From positions 46,940 through 110,939 of the forward strand of contig JBAYWF010000002.1 in assembly GCA_041674205.1 (NCBI GenBank): a DNA stretch of 64,000 nucleotides, written 5' to 3'. Positions 27,358 to 35,460 of the stretch are shown here, piece after piece (position 1 is the first letter of the stretch; each line of letters opens with the position of its first letter). Position numbers and translations under genes: made by a program. Source of the DNA: Parcubacteria group bacterium. Lineage in GTDB: Bacteria > Patescibacteriota > Minisyncoccia > Moranbacterales > UBA2206. The notes under the pieces were generated by a model, which did not search any database, was not told the origin of the DNA, and saw nothing but the letters and a program-made list of their open reading frames with translations.

Positions 27358-28389
27358 CTAAGAAAACCTGTGCGCCACGTTGCAACTCCCCTCCACCGAA
27401 ACCATACAGGCGCCTTGCGGCTTGTCCGGCGTACAAACCCGACCAAAAAGCGGGCATTCTTTCGGTTCGATCAATCCTTGCAAGACCAGTCCACACCTGC
27501 AAGCGCTCGGTTTGGGCTTTGTTTCTTTTTTGATTTTTCCAATCAAATCCTTATGCACGGATTCCGCATCCTGTTTTTGATATTTTTTCCGGATCTTCAA
27601 ACCGGAATTCTTTATTTCGCCCAATCCCCGCCAACGCGCATCTGAAACTTCAAAAACCTCATCGATCAGCTTCCTGGCCTTGGGGTTGCCATCTTTTTTG
27701 ACCAAGCGCGGATAGGCATTTTCCACTTCTTTCCTGCCTTCCAGGATTTGCGCCAAAAGCCTATCGATCGCCCGCAAGACATCCTTTCCGGAAAAACCGG
27801 CTACGACCTGGGGAATTTCAAACTGTCCATAAACCCGCGTACCGATAATCGCACTGACGTGTCCCGGATCAATGAAACCGTCCACCTTGATTTTCTTATT
27901 CGCCAAAAGCGCTTCCATCGCCGGCGGAAAAATTTTATGGGCGCAATAAACAGTTATCCCGTTTTGGACTGCCCAGGCACTTGGCGGCGTCGTCGTTTCA
28001 AATCCCAGGCCGAAAAACACGATGTCGGGATATTTGTTTTTCAATTCCAAGACTTCCGCGACATCATAGACCGCGAAAACTTCGGCGCCCTTCTGCCGCG
28101 CCTGTTCCAAACTCATCAGGTTCCCAGGAACATTCAGGACATCTCCATATGCCGCCACCGGGATTCCCGCCAACGCCAAACCGGCCATCACGTCGATGTC
28201 CGTCTGGTCTGTCACACACACCGGACAGCCCGGGCCAGAAACCAGCTTCACATTTTTTGGCATCAAACTTTTGATCCCATTTTGCGCTATCGTCTGCGAA
28301 TGCGTCCCGCACAATTCCATCAAACGGACTTCCCGGCCGATTTCCGCCGCCAATTTATGGATATTCTTTACGATTTTATCGATTTCCAT
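27358..28389 (-). CDS. hypD: hydrogenase maturation protein HypD
   Basis: CGTH, GPGCPVC, GFETT, PGHVS, GACMVS.EGSC. Confidence 0.97.
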   Translation of the reverse strand: MEIDKIVKNIHKLAAEIGREVRLMELCGTHSQTIAQNGIKSLMPKNVKLVSGPGCPVCVTDQTDIDVMAGLALAGIPVAAYGDVLNVPGNLMSLEQARQKGAEVFAVYDVAEVLELKNKYPDIVFFGLGFETTTPPSAWAVQNGITVYCAHKIFPPAMEALLANKKIKVDGFIDPGHVSAIIGTRVYGQFEIPQVVAGFSGKDVLRAIDRLLAQILEGRKEVENAYPRLVKKDGNPKARKLIDEVFEVSDARWRGLGEIKNSGLKIRKKYQKQDAESVHKDLIGKIKKETKPKPSACRCGLVLQGLIEPKECPLFGRVCTPDKPQGACMVSVEGSCNVAHRFS

Positions 28390-28399
28390 AACCAGATTT

Positions 28400-28603
28400 T
28401 TATTTTTTACCTAAATACCCTTGGATATCTCTTACTAATTCCGTATCCATTTTCTCGATCGCAAAGCCGGCATGCACCATCACGAAATCTCCGATTTTCA
28501 CGTCAACCAAGGCGACATTCACGGTCTTCCCGATGCCATTGAAATCAATTTCAGCCACATCACCTTTGATTTTTAGAATTTTACCAGGGATAGCTAAACA
28601 CAT
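28400..28603 (-). CDS. hypC: hydrogenase chaperone HypC
   Basis: MCLAIPG, VHAGFAI; start 28603. Confidence 0.96.
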   Translation of the reverse strand: MCLAIPGKILKIKGDVAEIDFNGIGKTVNVALVDVKIGDFVMVHAGFAIEKMDTELVRDIQGYLGKK

Positions 28604-28605
28604 AT

Positions 28606-28718
28606 GATTAATAATTTGAAATTTTAAATTATAAATTTTAAATGAATTTTCAATTACCAAATTAACAAATTTTTTTAAAATTTAATCATTAGGATTTCAT
28701 TTTAAATTTGAAATTTAG
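28606..28718. repeat. degenerate AT-rich heptamer tandem repeat
   Basis: aatttgaaattttaaattataaattttt...aaatttgaaatttaga. Confidence 0.55.
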
Positions 28719-28722
28719 ACTT

Positions 28723-30126
28723 TTACTTCCTAGATTGCCCTCCCCCGTTGACGCAGCCGCCCGGACAAACCATACATTCGATGAGGCCTGTTTTAATCCG
28801 GCCTTTGTCCAGATCGCGCAAGATGTTTTTTATTTGCGGCACGCCATCAGCCACGATATATTCCCTGCCAGTCATTTTGGCGATCATTTCCGCCGCCCCG
28901 CCCGCCCGCTTCATATCCTTGGCGCTTTCATTTTTCACGGCAAAATCCTTGCCGAAACCAACGCTTTTTATTTCCGCCAATTTAATATTTTTTTGCCTGA
29001 TCAACCGGCCCAATTCCCTGACAGTCAAAATATGATCAAGCTTTCCGCTTCTATCTTTTTTCTTCGCCACGCACGGGGAAATGGAAATAACCACGATATC
29101 TTGCGGATTTATTTTGTGCAGTTTCGCATAATCGCCTTTAATAGCCTCCGCCATCAATTCGTCCGGATTGGCGACATCCAAAACGCTGCCTTTGAACTGC
29201 GGATAATATTTATCCACTAATAAATTGAAAGATGGGCAATGGCTGAGCATCAGATTGCCCTTGCCGCTTGTTTTGATAGCCTGCGCCATTTTTTCCAGCG
29301 CCAATCCCATCCCGAACCCCAAATCAAAAACTTTTTCAAATCCCAGCGCTTCAAGCGCCCCGACCAATTTTCCTTCCGAATTTATCTCAGACTGCTCCAA
29401 AGCGATCGATTCCAAAACGGCCGGGTCAACCAAAGCGACAGCCATTTTTTTCAAATCATCCAATTCCGCTTGGATTCCGACTAGGTCATTTTTGTCAGTC
29501 AAAGCGCCAGTCGGACAATCTTTCACGCATTGCCCGCAAAAAATACAATCCAAAGGTTTTCCATACGCAGTGCCGACCACGGCATCTCCCGCCCGATGAT
29601 TGAAGGCCAGCTCCTTGGTCGGGCAGATATTGATGCATCTCCGGCATTCTACGCATAACTCAGTCGTCCTGGAAACGCAGGGATTGCCCTCGTCCACCAC
29701 TACTCGTGAGCGGTTGTCTTTCAACAAATCGAGATTTTCCCTGTCGGTCAATTCTTCTTTTCTGGGAATAAAATGGAAGTTTTCGATTTTCTGTTCCGTC
29801 GCCAGATTCTGCAATTCGCAGCGCTGGTTTTTCTTGCAAGCCGCGCATTTGCCCGCATGGTCCGCCCACAGCAATTCCAAATTGATCCGCCGGGCTTGGG
29901 AAATTTTTTCACTTTCCGTCACGATTTCCATCCCTTCGTAAACTTTCGTATTGCAAGAAGTGATGAGGCGTCCGCCGCATTCCACCACGCAGATCCGGCA
30001 CACGCCTTCGTGCGAATTTTTCGTACCGCATAATGTCGGGATCTTTATCCCGTTGCGCAAACAAACCTGGAAAATAGTCTCTCCCGGCTTTATTTCAAAA
30101 TCCTGACCGTTGATTTTTATTTTCAT
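28723..30126 (-). CDS. [FeFe]-hydrogenase-like (HydA/HndD-type) Fe-S subunit with shortened, altered H-cluster domain
   Basis: IPTLC..CRIC..SC [2Fe-2S]; HxxxCxxCx5C; two CxxCxxCxxxC; SHCPSF, SPCVAKKKD, ECMVCPGGCVNGGGQ. Confidence 0.88.
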   Translation of the reverse strand: MKIKINGQDFEIKPGETIFQVCLRNGIKIPTLCGTKNSHEGVCRICVVECGGRLITSCNTKVYEGMEIVTESEKISQARRINLELLWADHAGKCAACKKNQRCELQNLATEQKIENFHFIPRKEELTDRENLDLLKDNRSRVVVDEGNPCVSRTTELCVECRRCINICPTKELAFNHRAGDAVVGTAYGKPLDCIFCGQCVKDCPTGALTDKNDLVGIQAELDDLKKMAVALVDPAVLESIALEQSEINSEGKLVGALEALGFEKVFDLGFGMGLALEKMAQAIKTSGKGNLMLSHCPSFNLLVDKYYPQFKGSVLDVANPDELMAEAIKGDYAKLHKINPQDIVVISISPCVAKKKDRSGKLDHILTVRELGRLIRQKNIKLAEIKSVGFGKDFAVKNESAKDMKRAGGAAEMIAKMTGREYIVADGVPQIKNILRDLDKGRIKTGLIECMVCPGGCVNGGGQSRK

Positions 30127-30170
30127 ACCCTGTTGCTTATAAAATAATTTTAATCCGGATGGAACCGGGA

Positions 30171-31415
30171 TTATTTGGAAATCTTATAGATTTCATCGCG
30201 GAAATTTTCCAGAGCGTCCGAAAAAGCCGTCGCGGCGAATTTACCCAACGGACAGAAGGTCGTATTATTGAGCGTCCACAAGATATCCTGGATGGCCGCC
30301 ACGTCCCGTTCGGACACTTCCCCGTCTTGCAGGCGCTTAGCGATTTCCCATAAACGAAAGGTTCCTTCGCGGCATGGCACGCATTTGCCGCAGGATTCCC
30401 GGCGGAAAAAACCCGTCCAGGACAGCAGCAATTCATGGATATTGGCTGTCTTGTCCACTACCAGCACCGCTCCGGATCCCAACGGGATTTTCGCTTCACA
30501 ATCATATTCCAATTTCAATTTCAAATCTTTTTCCAGCGCCAACCGTCCAGATGACCCGCCCACCTGCGCGAACCGGAACTCCTTGCCCAACTGGATACCG
30601 CCGGCATATTTCCCGATCAAATCACCTAATTTTATGCCTAGTGGCGCTTCAAAAACATCCGGATTTTTCACCGCTCCATTCACGATGAACAATTTGGTGC
30701 CGGGAGATTTCCGGGAACCGATTTTCGCATACGCCTTTCCGCCATTTTCGATTATCCACGGGATATTGGCTATGGTTTCCGCGTTATTGATCGCCGTCGG
30801 TTTACCAAACAACCCGCATTGCGTCGGATAGGGCGGCCGCGCTTTCGGCTCGCCGCGATTGCCCTCGATGGAATTCAAAAGCGCCGTTTCTTCCCCGCAG
30901 ATATATGCCCCGGCACCCGCGAAAATTTCCATTTCCAAACCATATTTTGAACCTAGGATGCTTTCGCCGATGAAATTTTTTTCCCGCGCTTGTTCCACCG
31001 CCCGCTCTAAAATTCCGATTTCTTTTCCATAGTTGCCATTGACGTATATGAAAGCCTTCCGCGCGCCCACGATCAATGATCCAATGATGATCCCCTCCAA
31101 AAGCATATGCGGATCATTATCAACGATCGACCGATCCTTGTAGGTTCCAGGCTCCGACTCATCCAGATTGCAAATGAAATATTTTTCCTGGTTTTTTTCC
31201 AAAGCCACGCATCCAAGCTTCCGTCCAGTCGGAAAACCGGCGCCGCCCCGCCCGCACAATCCGGAAACATTGATTTCCTCCAAAGCCGATTGCGGCGTCA
31301 TCTCCCGTATGAATTTCGACAAAGCGGCATATCCGCCCGTAGCGGCATAATCTTCTATCCTGCCCGGATTTATCTTCCCCCAATTTTTGGTTATTATTTT
31401 TATTTCCTTCTTCAT
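30171..31415 (-). CDS. NuoF/HydB-type FMN NADH-binding subunit
   Basis: GRGGAGFPTG, DESEPGTYKDR, GAGAYICGEETAL, ESCGKCVPCREG, FCPLG; ATG 31415. Confidence 0.95.
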   Translation of the reverse strand: MKKEIKIITKNWGKINPGRIEDYAATGGYAALSKFIREMTPQSALEEINVSGLCGRGGAGFPTGRKLGCVALEKNQEKYFICNLDESEPGTYKDRSIVDNDPHMLLEGIIIGSLIVGARKAFIYVNGNYGKEIGILERAVEQAREKNFIGESILGSKYGLEMEIFAGAGAYICGEETALLNSIEGNRGEPKARPPYPTQCGLFGKPTAINNAETIANIPWIIENGGKAYAKIGSRKSPGTKLFIVNGAVKNPDVFEAPLGIKLGDLIGKYAGGIQLGKEFRFAQVGGSSGRLALEKDLKLKLEYDCEAKIPLGSGAVLVVDKTANIHELLLSWTGFFRRESCGKCVPCREGTFRLWEIAKRLQDGEVSERDVAAIQDILWTLNNTTFCPLGKFAATAFSDALENFRDEIYKISK

Positions 31416-31755
31416 CCTTACATTATATCGCAACAACCATATTTTGCATATCAAATCCCATATTTTTTTCCCACTGCTTATTGAGAAAACCGCCCTTAGT
31501 CTCCGCGCCACGATTGATCAATTCGTCTTTTACTCATATTTTCCAACCATCATTCTTGCCTTGATTGAGCTCCAAACAATAGTAACCTTTACAAAAAACA
31601 ATTTTTAGTGTATAATAGATAATTGTGCCTGATTATTATCCGACCAACACCAGATTTTGTTCGATAATTGACTTTTGAATCAAAAACGCTATCATTTATA
31701 AAGAACGGTTTTGCACATTCCAACACATTCAAACAAAACATTTCAGGGGGTCAGG

Positions 31756-32301
31756 ATGAAAAAAGAAATTTCTACGGACGGGATTATCGAAGCGTTGGGC
31801 AATATAATCGCAAGCGGCGATGCCAGCGCCGCGAAAGAAATCCTAAAGGAACTGAAAAAATCCCATTCCGAAACAATTCAGGGAGTGCTGGAATTAATGG
31901 CACAAAAGGCTTTGAGGATGGGGATGTTTTTCCATCCTGGTTCCAAAGTGACCGTGTTAGATCCCGCCCACCACCCAAGCTATTCGACATTTATGTGTCC
32001 TAAGCTCGAGAGTCTGCCTTCAGACATGGAAAGGATAACGTTTCGGTGGGCTTTCACGGAGATAGAAAACGGCAGCCATTATCTGCCGGACGATACCCTT
32101 GTATCATATGGCCATTCCGACTACATCATCACGTTGATAGATGTGCTTACTGAATGTGATACTGATACGCTTAGAAAAATAACTGAAATGGCCAGACGGA
32201 TGTCCACGAAGACGGTAGTCATCGCTATGGCTATCATAAACCGCGGCTACACCGCCGAAAGTCTGGGAGTGGATGAATTTTATTCTCTCCTTGATTTATG
32301 A
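31756..32301 (+). CDS. hypothetical protein, weak type I phosphoribosyltransferase-like C-terminus
   Basis: LIDVLT...MAIINRG...LG...YSLL recalls the PyrE tail; G-rich RBS; own terminator. Confidence 0.6.
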   Translation: MKKEISTDGIIEALGNIIASGDASAAKEILKELKKSHSETIQGVLELMAQKALRMGMFFHPGSKVTVLDPAHHPSYSTFMCPKLESLPSDMERITFRWAFTEIENGSHYLPDDTLVSYGHSDYIITLIDVLTECDTDTLRKITEMARRMSTKTVVIAMAIINRGYTAESLGVDEFYSLLDL

Positions 32302-32321
32302 ACCATCCGAAAAACGGAAAA

Positions 32322-32357
32322 AGAGGTTGCCGATCCCGGCAGCCTCTCATTTTTTTT
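32322..32357 (+). terminator. intrinsic terminator
   Basis: agaggttgccg-atcc-cggcagcctct then T-run. Confidence 0.75.
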
Positions 32358-32371
32358 AAACAGACGGGGCC

Positions 32372-32400
32372 TTGGCACGGATCCGAAAATAACTTATACT
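32372..32400 (+). promoter_or_regulatory. sigma70-type promoter of the candidate ncRNA
   Basis: TTGGCA-17 nt-TATACT. Confidence 0.65.
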
Positions 32401-32407
32401 GGGACAA

Positions 32408-32542
32408 GGCCTTCAGAATGGAGAGGTGAAAAATTGGGACCCACCTGGATTTTCAGGGAAAAAATTATTTTTTCCGTTAAATTTTTCAAGGGACCCACGC
32501 GCCTAGGAGCCCGACGGGCTCCCGCTCCTGCATTGAGGGCCC
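32408..32542 (+). ncRNA. candidate structured ncRNA (family not identified)
   Basis: ends pair (GGCCUUCA/UGAGGGCC), 9-bp inner stem, two clear hairpins plus a weaker one, twin GGGACCCAC; bounded by promoter and terminator; no credible ORF. Confidence 0.6.
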
Positions 32543-32580
32543 AACAAAAAAACCGAGGTTACGCCTCGGTTTTTTTTGTT
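32543..32580. terminator. bidirectional terminator
   Basis: aaaaaaaccgagg-ttacg-cctcggttttttt. Confidence 0.8.
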
Positions 32581-32583
32581 ACG

Positions 32584-33024
32584 TCAGATATAATTCCGCA
32601 GGATGTCATCCACACTGCTGGGCGTCACTCTGGTAAAAACATTGCCATTCACGACCATCACCGGCCCCTGGCCGCATTGTCCAAGACAACTGATGATCTC
32701 GAGCTTAACGTTGGGATTGAAATCATCACCGGCTTTGATATGCAACTGGCTTTCGATTTCAGATATAACTTTAAAACTGCTCTTTACCGCGCAATTGGCT
32801 CCGGAACAGACCTGGATAACCAAGCCAGGCTGTTTTTTGGTTTTGACCAGATCATAGAAACTGGCGACTTCATAAACCTTGGAAAGCGGCACGGAAAAAT
32901 AATCCGCCGCTTTACGCGCCTCCTCCTCACCGACATAGCCGAAACCGGCGTCGATTTTTTTCAGCGCCGGCAACAGGTTTTTTTGTTCCGGATCGAATTC
33001 CAAAAGGATTTTTTCAACTGCCAT
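32584..33024 (-). CDS. NuoE/HydC-type [2Fe-2S] subunit
   Basis: LLPAL, GY, VASFY, VCSGANC, CLGQC..GP...VNG. Confidence 0.93.
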   Translation of the reverse strand: MAVEKILLEFDPEQKNLLPALKKIDAGFGYVGEEEARKAADYFSVPLSKVYEVASFYDLVKTKKQPGLVIQVCSGANCAVKSSFKVISEIESQLHIKAGDDFNPNVKLEIISCLGQCGQGPVMVVNGNVFTRVTPSSVDDILRNYI

Positions 33025-33042
33025 ACCATTTAAAAATAAGTC

Positions 33043-33906
33043 CTATACTTTTCCGGCACTGCCGAACAAGCGCATTTTATGTTTGACGCTTTCTTTGACG
33101 GATTTACGCGCGTCGCCCAGAATCGTACGCACATCGAACCCCGGATCCTTGTCGCTCTTGAAAGTCGTACTCAAACTGTTTACAAAAGACATCCTGGTAT
33201 CCGTATCGACATTGAAGCAATTCACTCCCAATTTAATCGCCTGTTCAGCTTTGCCATCTTCCCAATCGGACGCGCCATGCAAAACGATCGGGATATCGAT
33301 CAAACTTCTGATTTTTTTCAACCTATCGAAATCAGGCACCTCCCTTTCCACAAAAAAACCATGCGCGTTGCCGATGGCTACGGCCAACGTATCTATGCCG
33401 GTCTTTTCCACGAAATCCTTGGCTTGCTCCGGATCGGTCATATATTTATCCCAATCCACCGCTCCCATCTTATGCTCGCTTAAATATGGGACATTACCCA
33501 ATTCTCCTTGCACAGCCACGCCTCTTTCGTGGCAGAAATCAACCACTTTTTTGGTTACCGCCACATTATCAGAATATTCCTTCCTGGATCCGTCATACAT
33601 AACCGACGGCCAACCGATTTCCACCGCCCGCTGCACGATTTCGAAACTGCCGCCATGGTCCAGATGGATACCTACCGGGATTTCCGGCGCGTAGAATTCC
33701 ACGTCATTCTTAATAATATTGAAAATCATGCGTCCGCCCGCATATTCCATAGTCTTTTCCGTGACTTGGATTATGACTGGGGACTTCAATTCTTTCGCAG
33801 CTTCAACGATCGCACGGGTCGTTTCCAAATTAATCGTATTGAACGCTCCAACGGCATAGCCGCCCTCTTTGGCTTTCGCTAAAATTTCTTTGATATCGAC
33901 GATCAT
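33043..33906 (-). CDS. fba: class II fructose-bisphosphate aldolase
   Basis: YAVGAFN, HLDHG, SVMYDGS, LAVAIGNAHG, VLHGAS. Confidence 0.93.
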   Translation of the reverse strand: MIVDIKEILAKAKEGGYAVGAFNTINLETTRAIVEAAKELKSPVIIQVTEKTMEYAGGRMIFNIIKNDVEFYAPEIPVGIHLDHGGSFEIVQRAVEIGWPSVMYDGSRKEYSDNVAVTKKVVDFCHERGVAVQGELGNVPYLSEHKMGAVDWDKYMTDPEQAKDFVEKTGIDTLAVAIGNAHGFFVEREVPDFDRLKKIRSLIDIPIVLHGASDWEDGKAEQAIKLGVNCFNVDTDTRMSFVNSLSTTFKSDKDPGFDVRTILGDARKSVKESVKHKMRLFGSAGKV

Positions 33907-33972
33907 ACGCTTTGAATTTTAAATTCTAACCTTGAAACTTATAGTTTAGAATTTACTATTGATTTAAAAAAA

Positions 33973-34749
33973 TTATGTTTTAAGATTGCCATCTATTATT
34001 CCTACTATTTTTATGAGACTGCTCGGAGCCAAACTTTCCTTGCCCACCAAGGCGCCATCCATCCCGGAATCGACGCAAATAGCTTCCGTATTATCCGGAG
34101 CGACCGAACCGCCATAGATGATTTTCACTTTTTCCGTAATTTTAGGCCCATATTTCGCTACTAGGAATTTCTTTATAACCAATCTGGCGCCCATCACTTC
34201 ATTCGTAGTCGGCAAATGATCGGGGTTATTGGAACTGATCGCCCAGACCGGCTCATAGCAGATTATGACATTTTCAATTTTCCACTTACTGACCCCGTCC
34301 AAACAATTCTGCAATTGTTCCACGACGATATCCGTCCCTTCTTTTTTTTGATCGGCATCCTCTCCGACACACAAAATCGGTTTGATCCCGTTTTTCAGGG
34401 AGGAAATAACTTTAAGATTCACATCTTGATCGTTTTCCCGGATATATTTTCTCCTTTCGCTATGGCCCAAAATCACATACTCGCAATCGAAATTCCTGAG
34501 CATCACCGGGGATATCTCGCCGGTAAAGGAACCCTTATCCTCAAAAAACATATTCTGCGCCCCCCGCTTCACCTTTTTATTTTTCCATTTTTTAAAACCC
34601 TCCAAATGCACGAACGGGGCACATAAGACGATTTCAGTATCGGAAAATTTCTTGCCCGATAACAGCACGCTCAGCCGTTTCAAATACGCCTCCCTTTCGC
34701 TGATGGAAAGAAGGTTCATCTTGAGATTGGCGGCAACTATGTTTTTCAT
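33973..34749 (-). CDS. tpiA: triosephosphate isomerase
   Basis: ANLKMN, GAQN, TGEIS, GHSERR, YEPVWAI, YGGSV. Confidence 0.95.
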   Translation of the reverse strand: MKNIVAANLKMNLLSISEREAYLKRLSVLLSGKKFSDTEIVLCAPFVHLEGFKKWKNKKVKRGAQNMFFEDKGSFTGEISPVMLRNFDCEYVILGHSERRKYIRENDQDVNLKVISSLKNGIKPILCVGEDADQKKEGTDIVVEQLQNCLDGVSKWKIENVIICYEPVWAISSNNPDHLPTTNEVMGARLVIKKFLVAKYGPKITEKVKIIYGGSVAPDNTEAICVDSGMDGALVGKESLAPSSLIKIVGIIDGNLKT

Positions 34750-34771
34750 ATTTTTTAATTTTAACTCAAAT

Positions 34772-35434
34772 TTATTCTCCGGCCTGTCCGACAGCTAATC
34801 CATCCGGGATCCGCGATTGGGAACGCCTAATACCCATATGCCTGCGCACGAACCAAACCAATCCGGCCAAAATCAAAGCTCCGATCACCATATCGAATTT
34901 ATGGAAATATACCCCTAGCGTGTTCCAGTTATCACCCAGCTCCTTGCCGATATAGGCTAGCAAGTAACAAAATGGGAAAGATCCCAGAAACGTATAGGCC
35001 ACGAACTTAGGAAAATCCATCCGGGCGATTCCCGCCGGCAAGGAAATGAAAGTCCGGACCACCGGGAGCATCCGCGAAAAAAAGACCGCGGTATTGCCGT
35101 ATTTTTTGAAAAAATTATCGGCAATATCCAAGTCGTGATGGGTCACCAGGATATATTTGCCATATTTCTCCGCCGCCGGCCGGCCGCCATAATAACCCAC
35201 CCAATAAGCCACGACGCTGCCCAGCACGCATCCGACCGCACCAGCCAAAGAAACGCTCCATAAGGAAAATCTTCCGGCTGAAACCAGGTAGCCCGAAAAC
35301 GGCATTATGATTTCGGATGGCAGCGGGATGCAAGCCGACTCGATCGCCATCATCAATGCCACCCCCGCATAGCCCAATGAATCTATGCCCCAAATTATAA
35401 ACTGCGCCAAAACGGAAATTATCCCTGCGATCAT
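34772..35434 (-). CDS. DedA family membrane protein
   Basis: ESACIPLPSE, FFKKYG, R..PVVRTFISLPAG. Confidence 0.93.
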   Translation of the reverse strand: MIAGIISVLAQFIIWGIDSLGYAGVALMMAIESACIPLPSEIIMPFSGYLVSAGRFSLWSVSLAGAVGCVLGSVVAYWVGYYGGRPAAEKYGKYILVTHHDLDIADNFFKKYGNTAVFFSRMLPVVRTFISLPAGIARMDFPKFVAYTFLGSFPFCYLLAYIGKELGDNWNTLGVYFHKFDMVIGALILAGLVWFVRRHMGIRRSQSRIPDGLAVGQAGE

Positions 35435-35460
35435 AATATTTTTCTAATTTTAATCCTTTT

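Noticed and set aside
28723-33024. Respiratory complex I (nuoEFG)
   Set aside because: No membrane or quinone-module nuo genes; the third subunit has H-cluster motifs, not a NuoG molybdopterin-like domain.
32434-33033. 199-aa plus-strand ORF across the candidate ncRNA
   Set aside because: Runs through a strong terminator and antisense to nuoE; no motifs.
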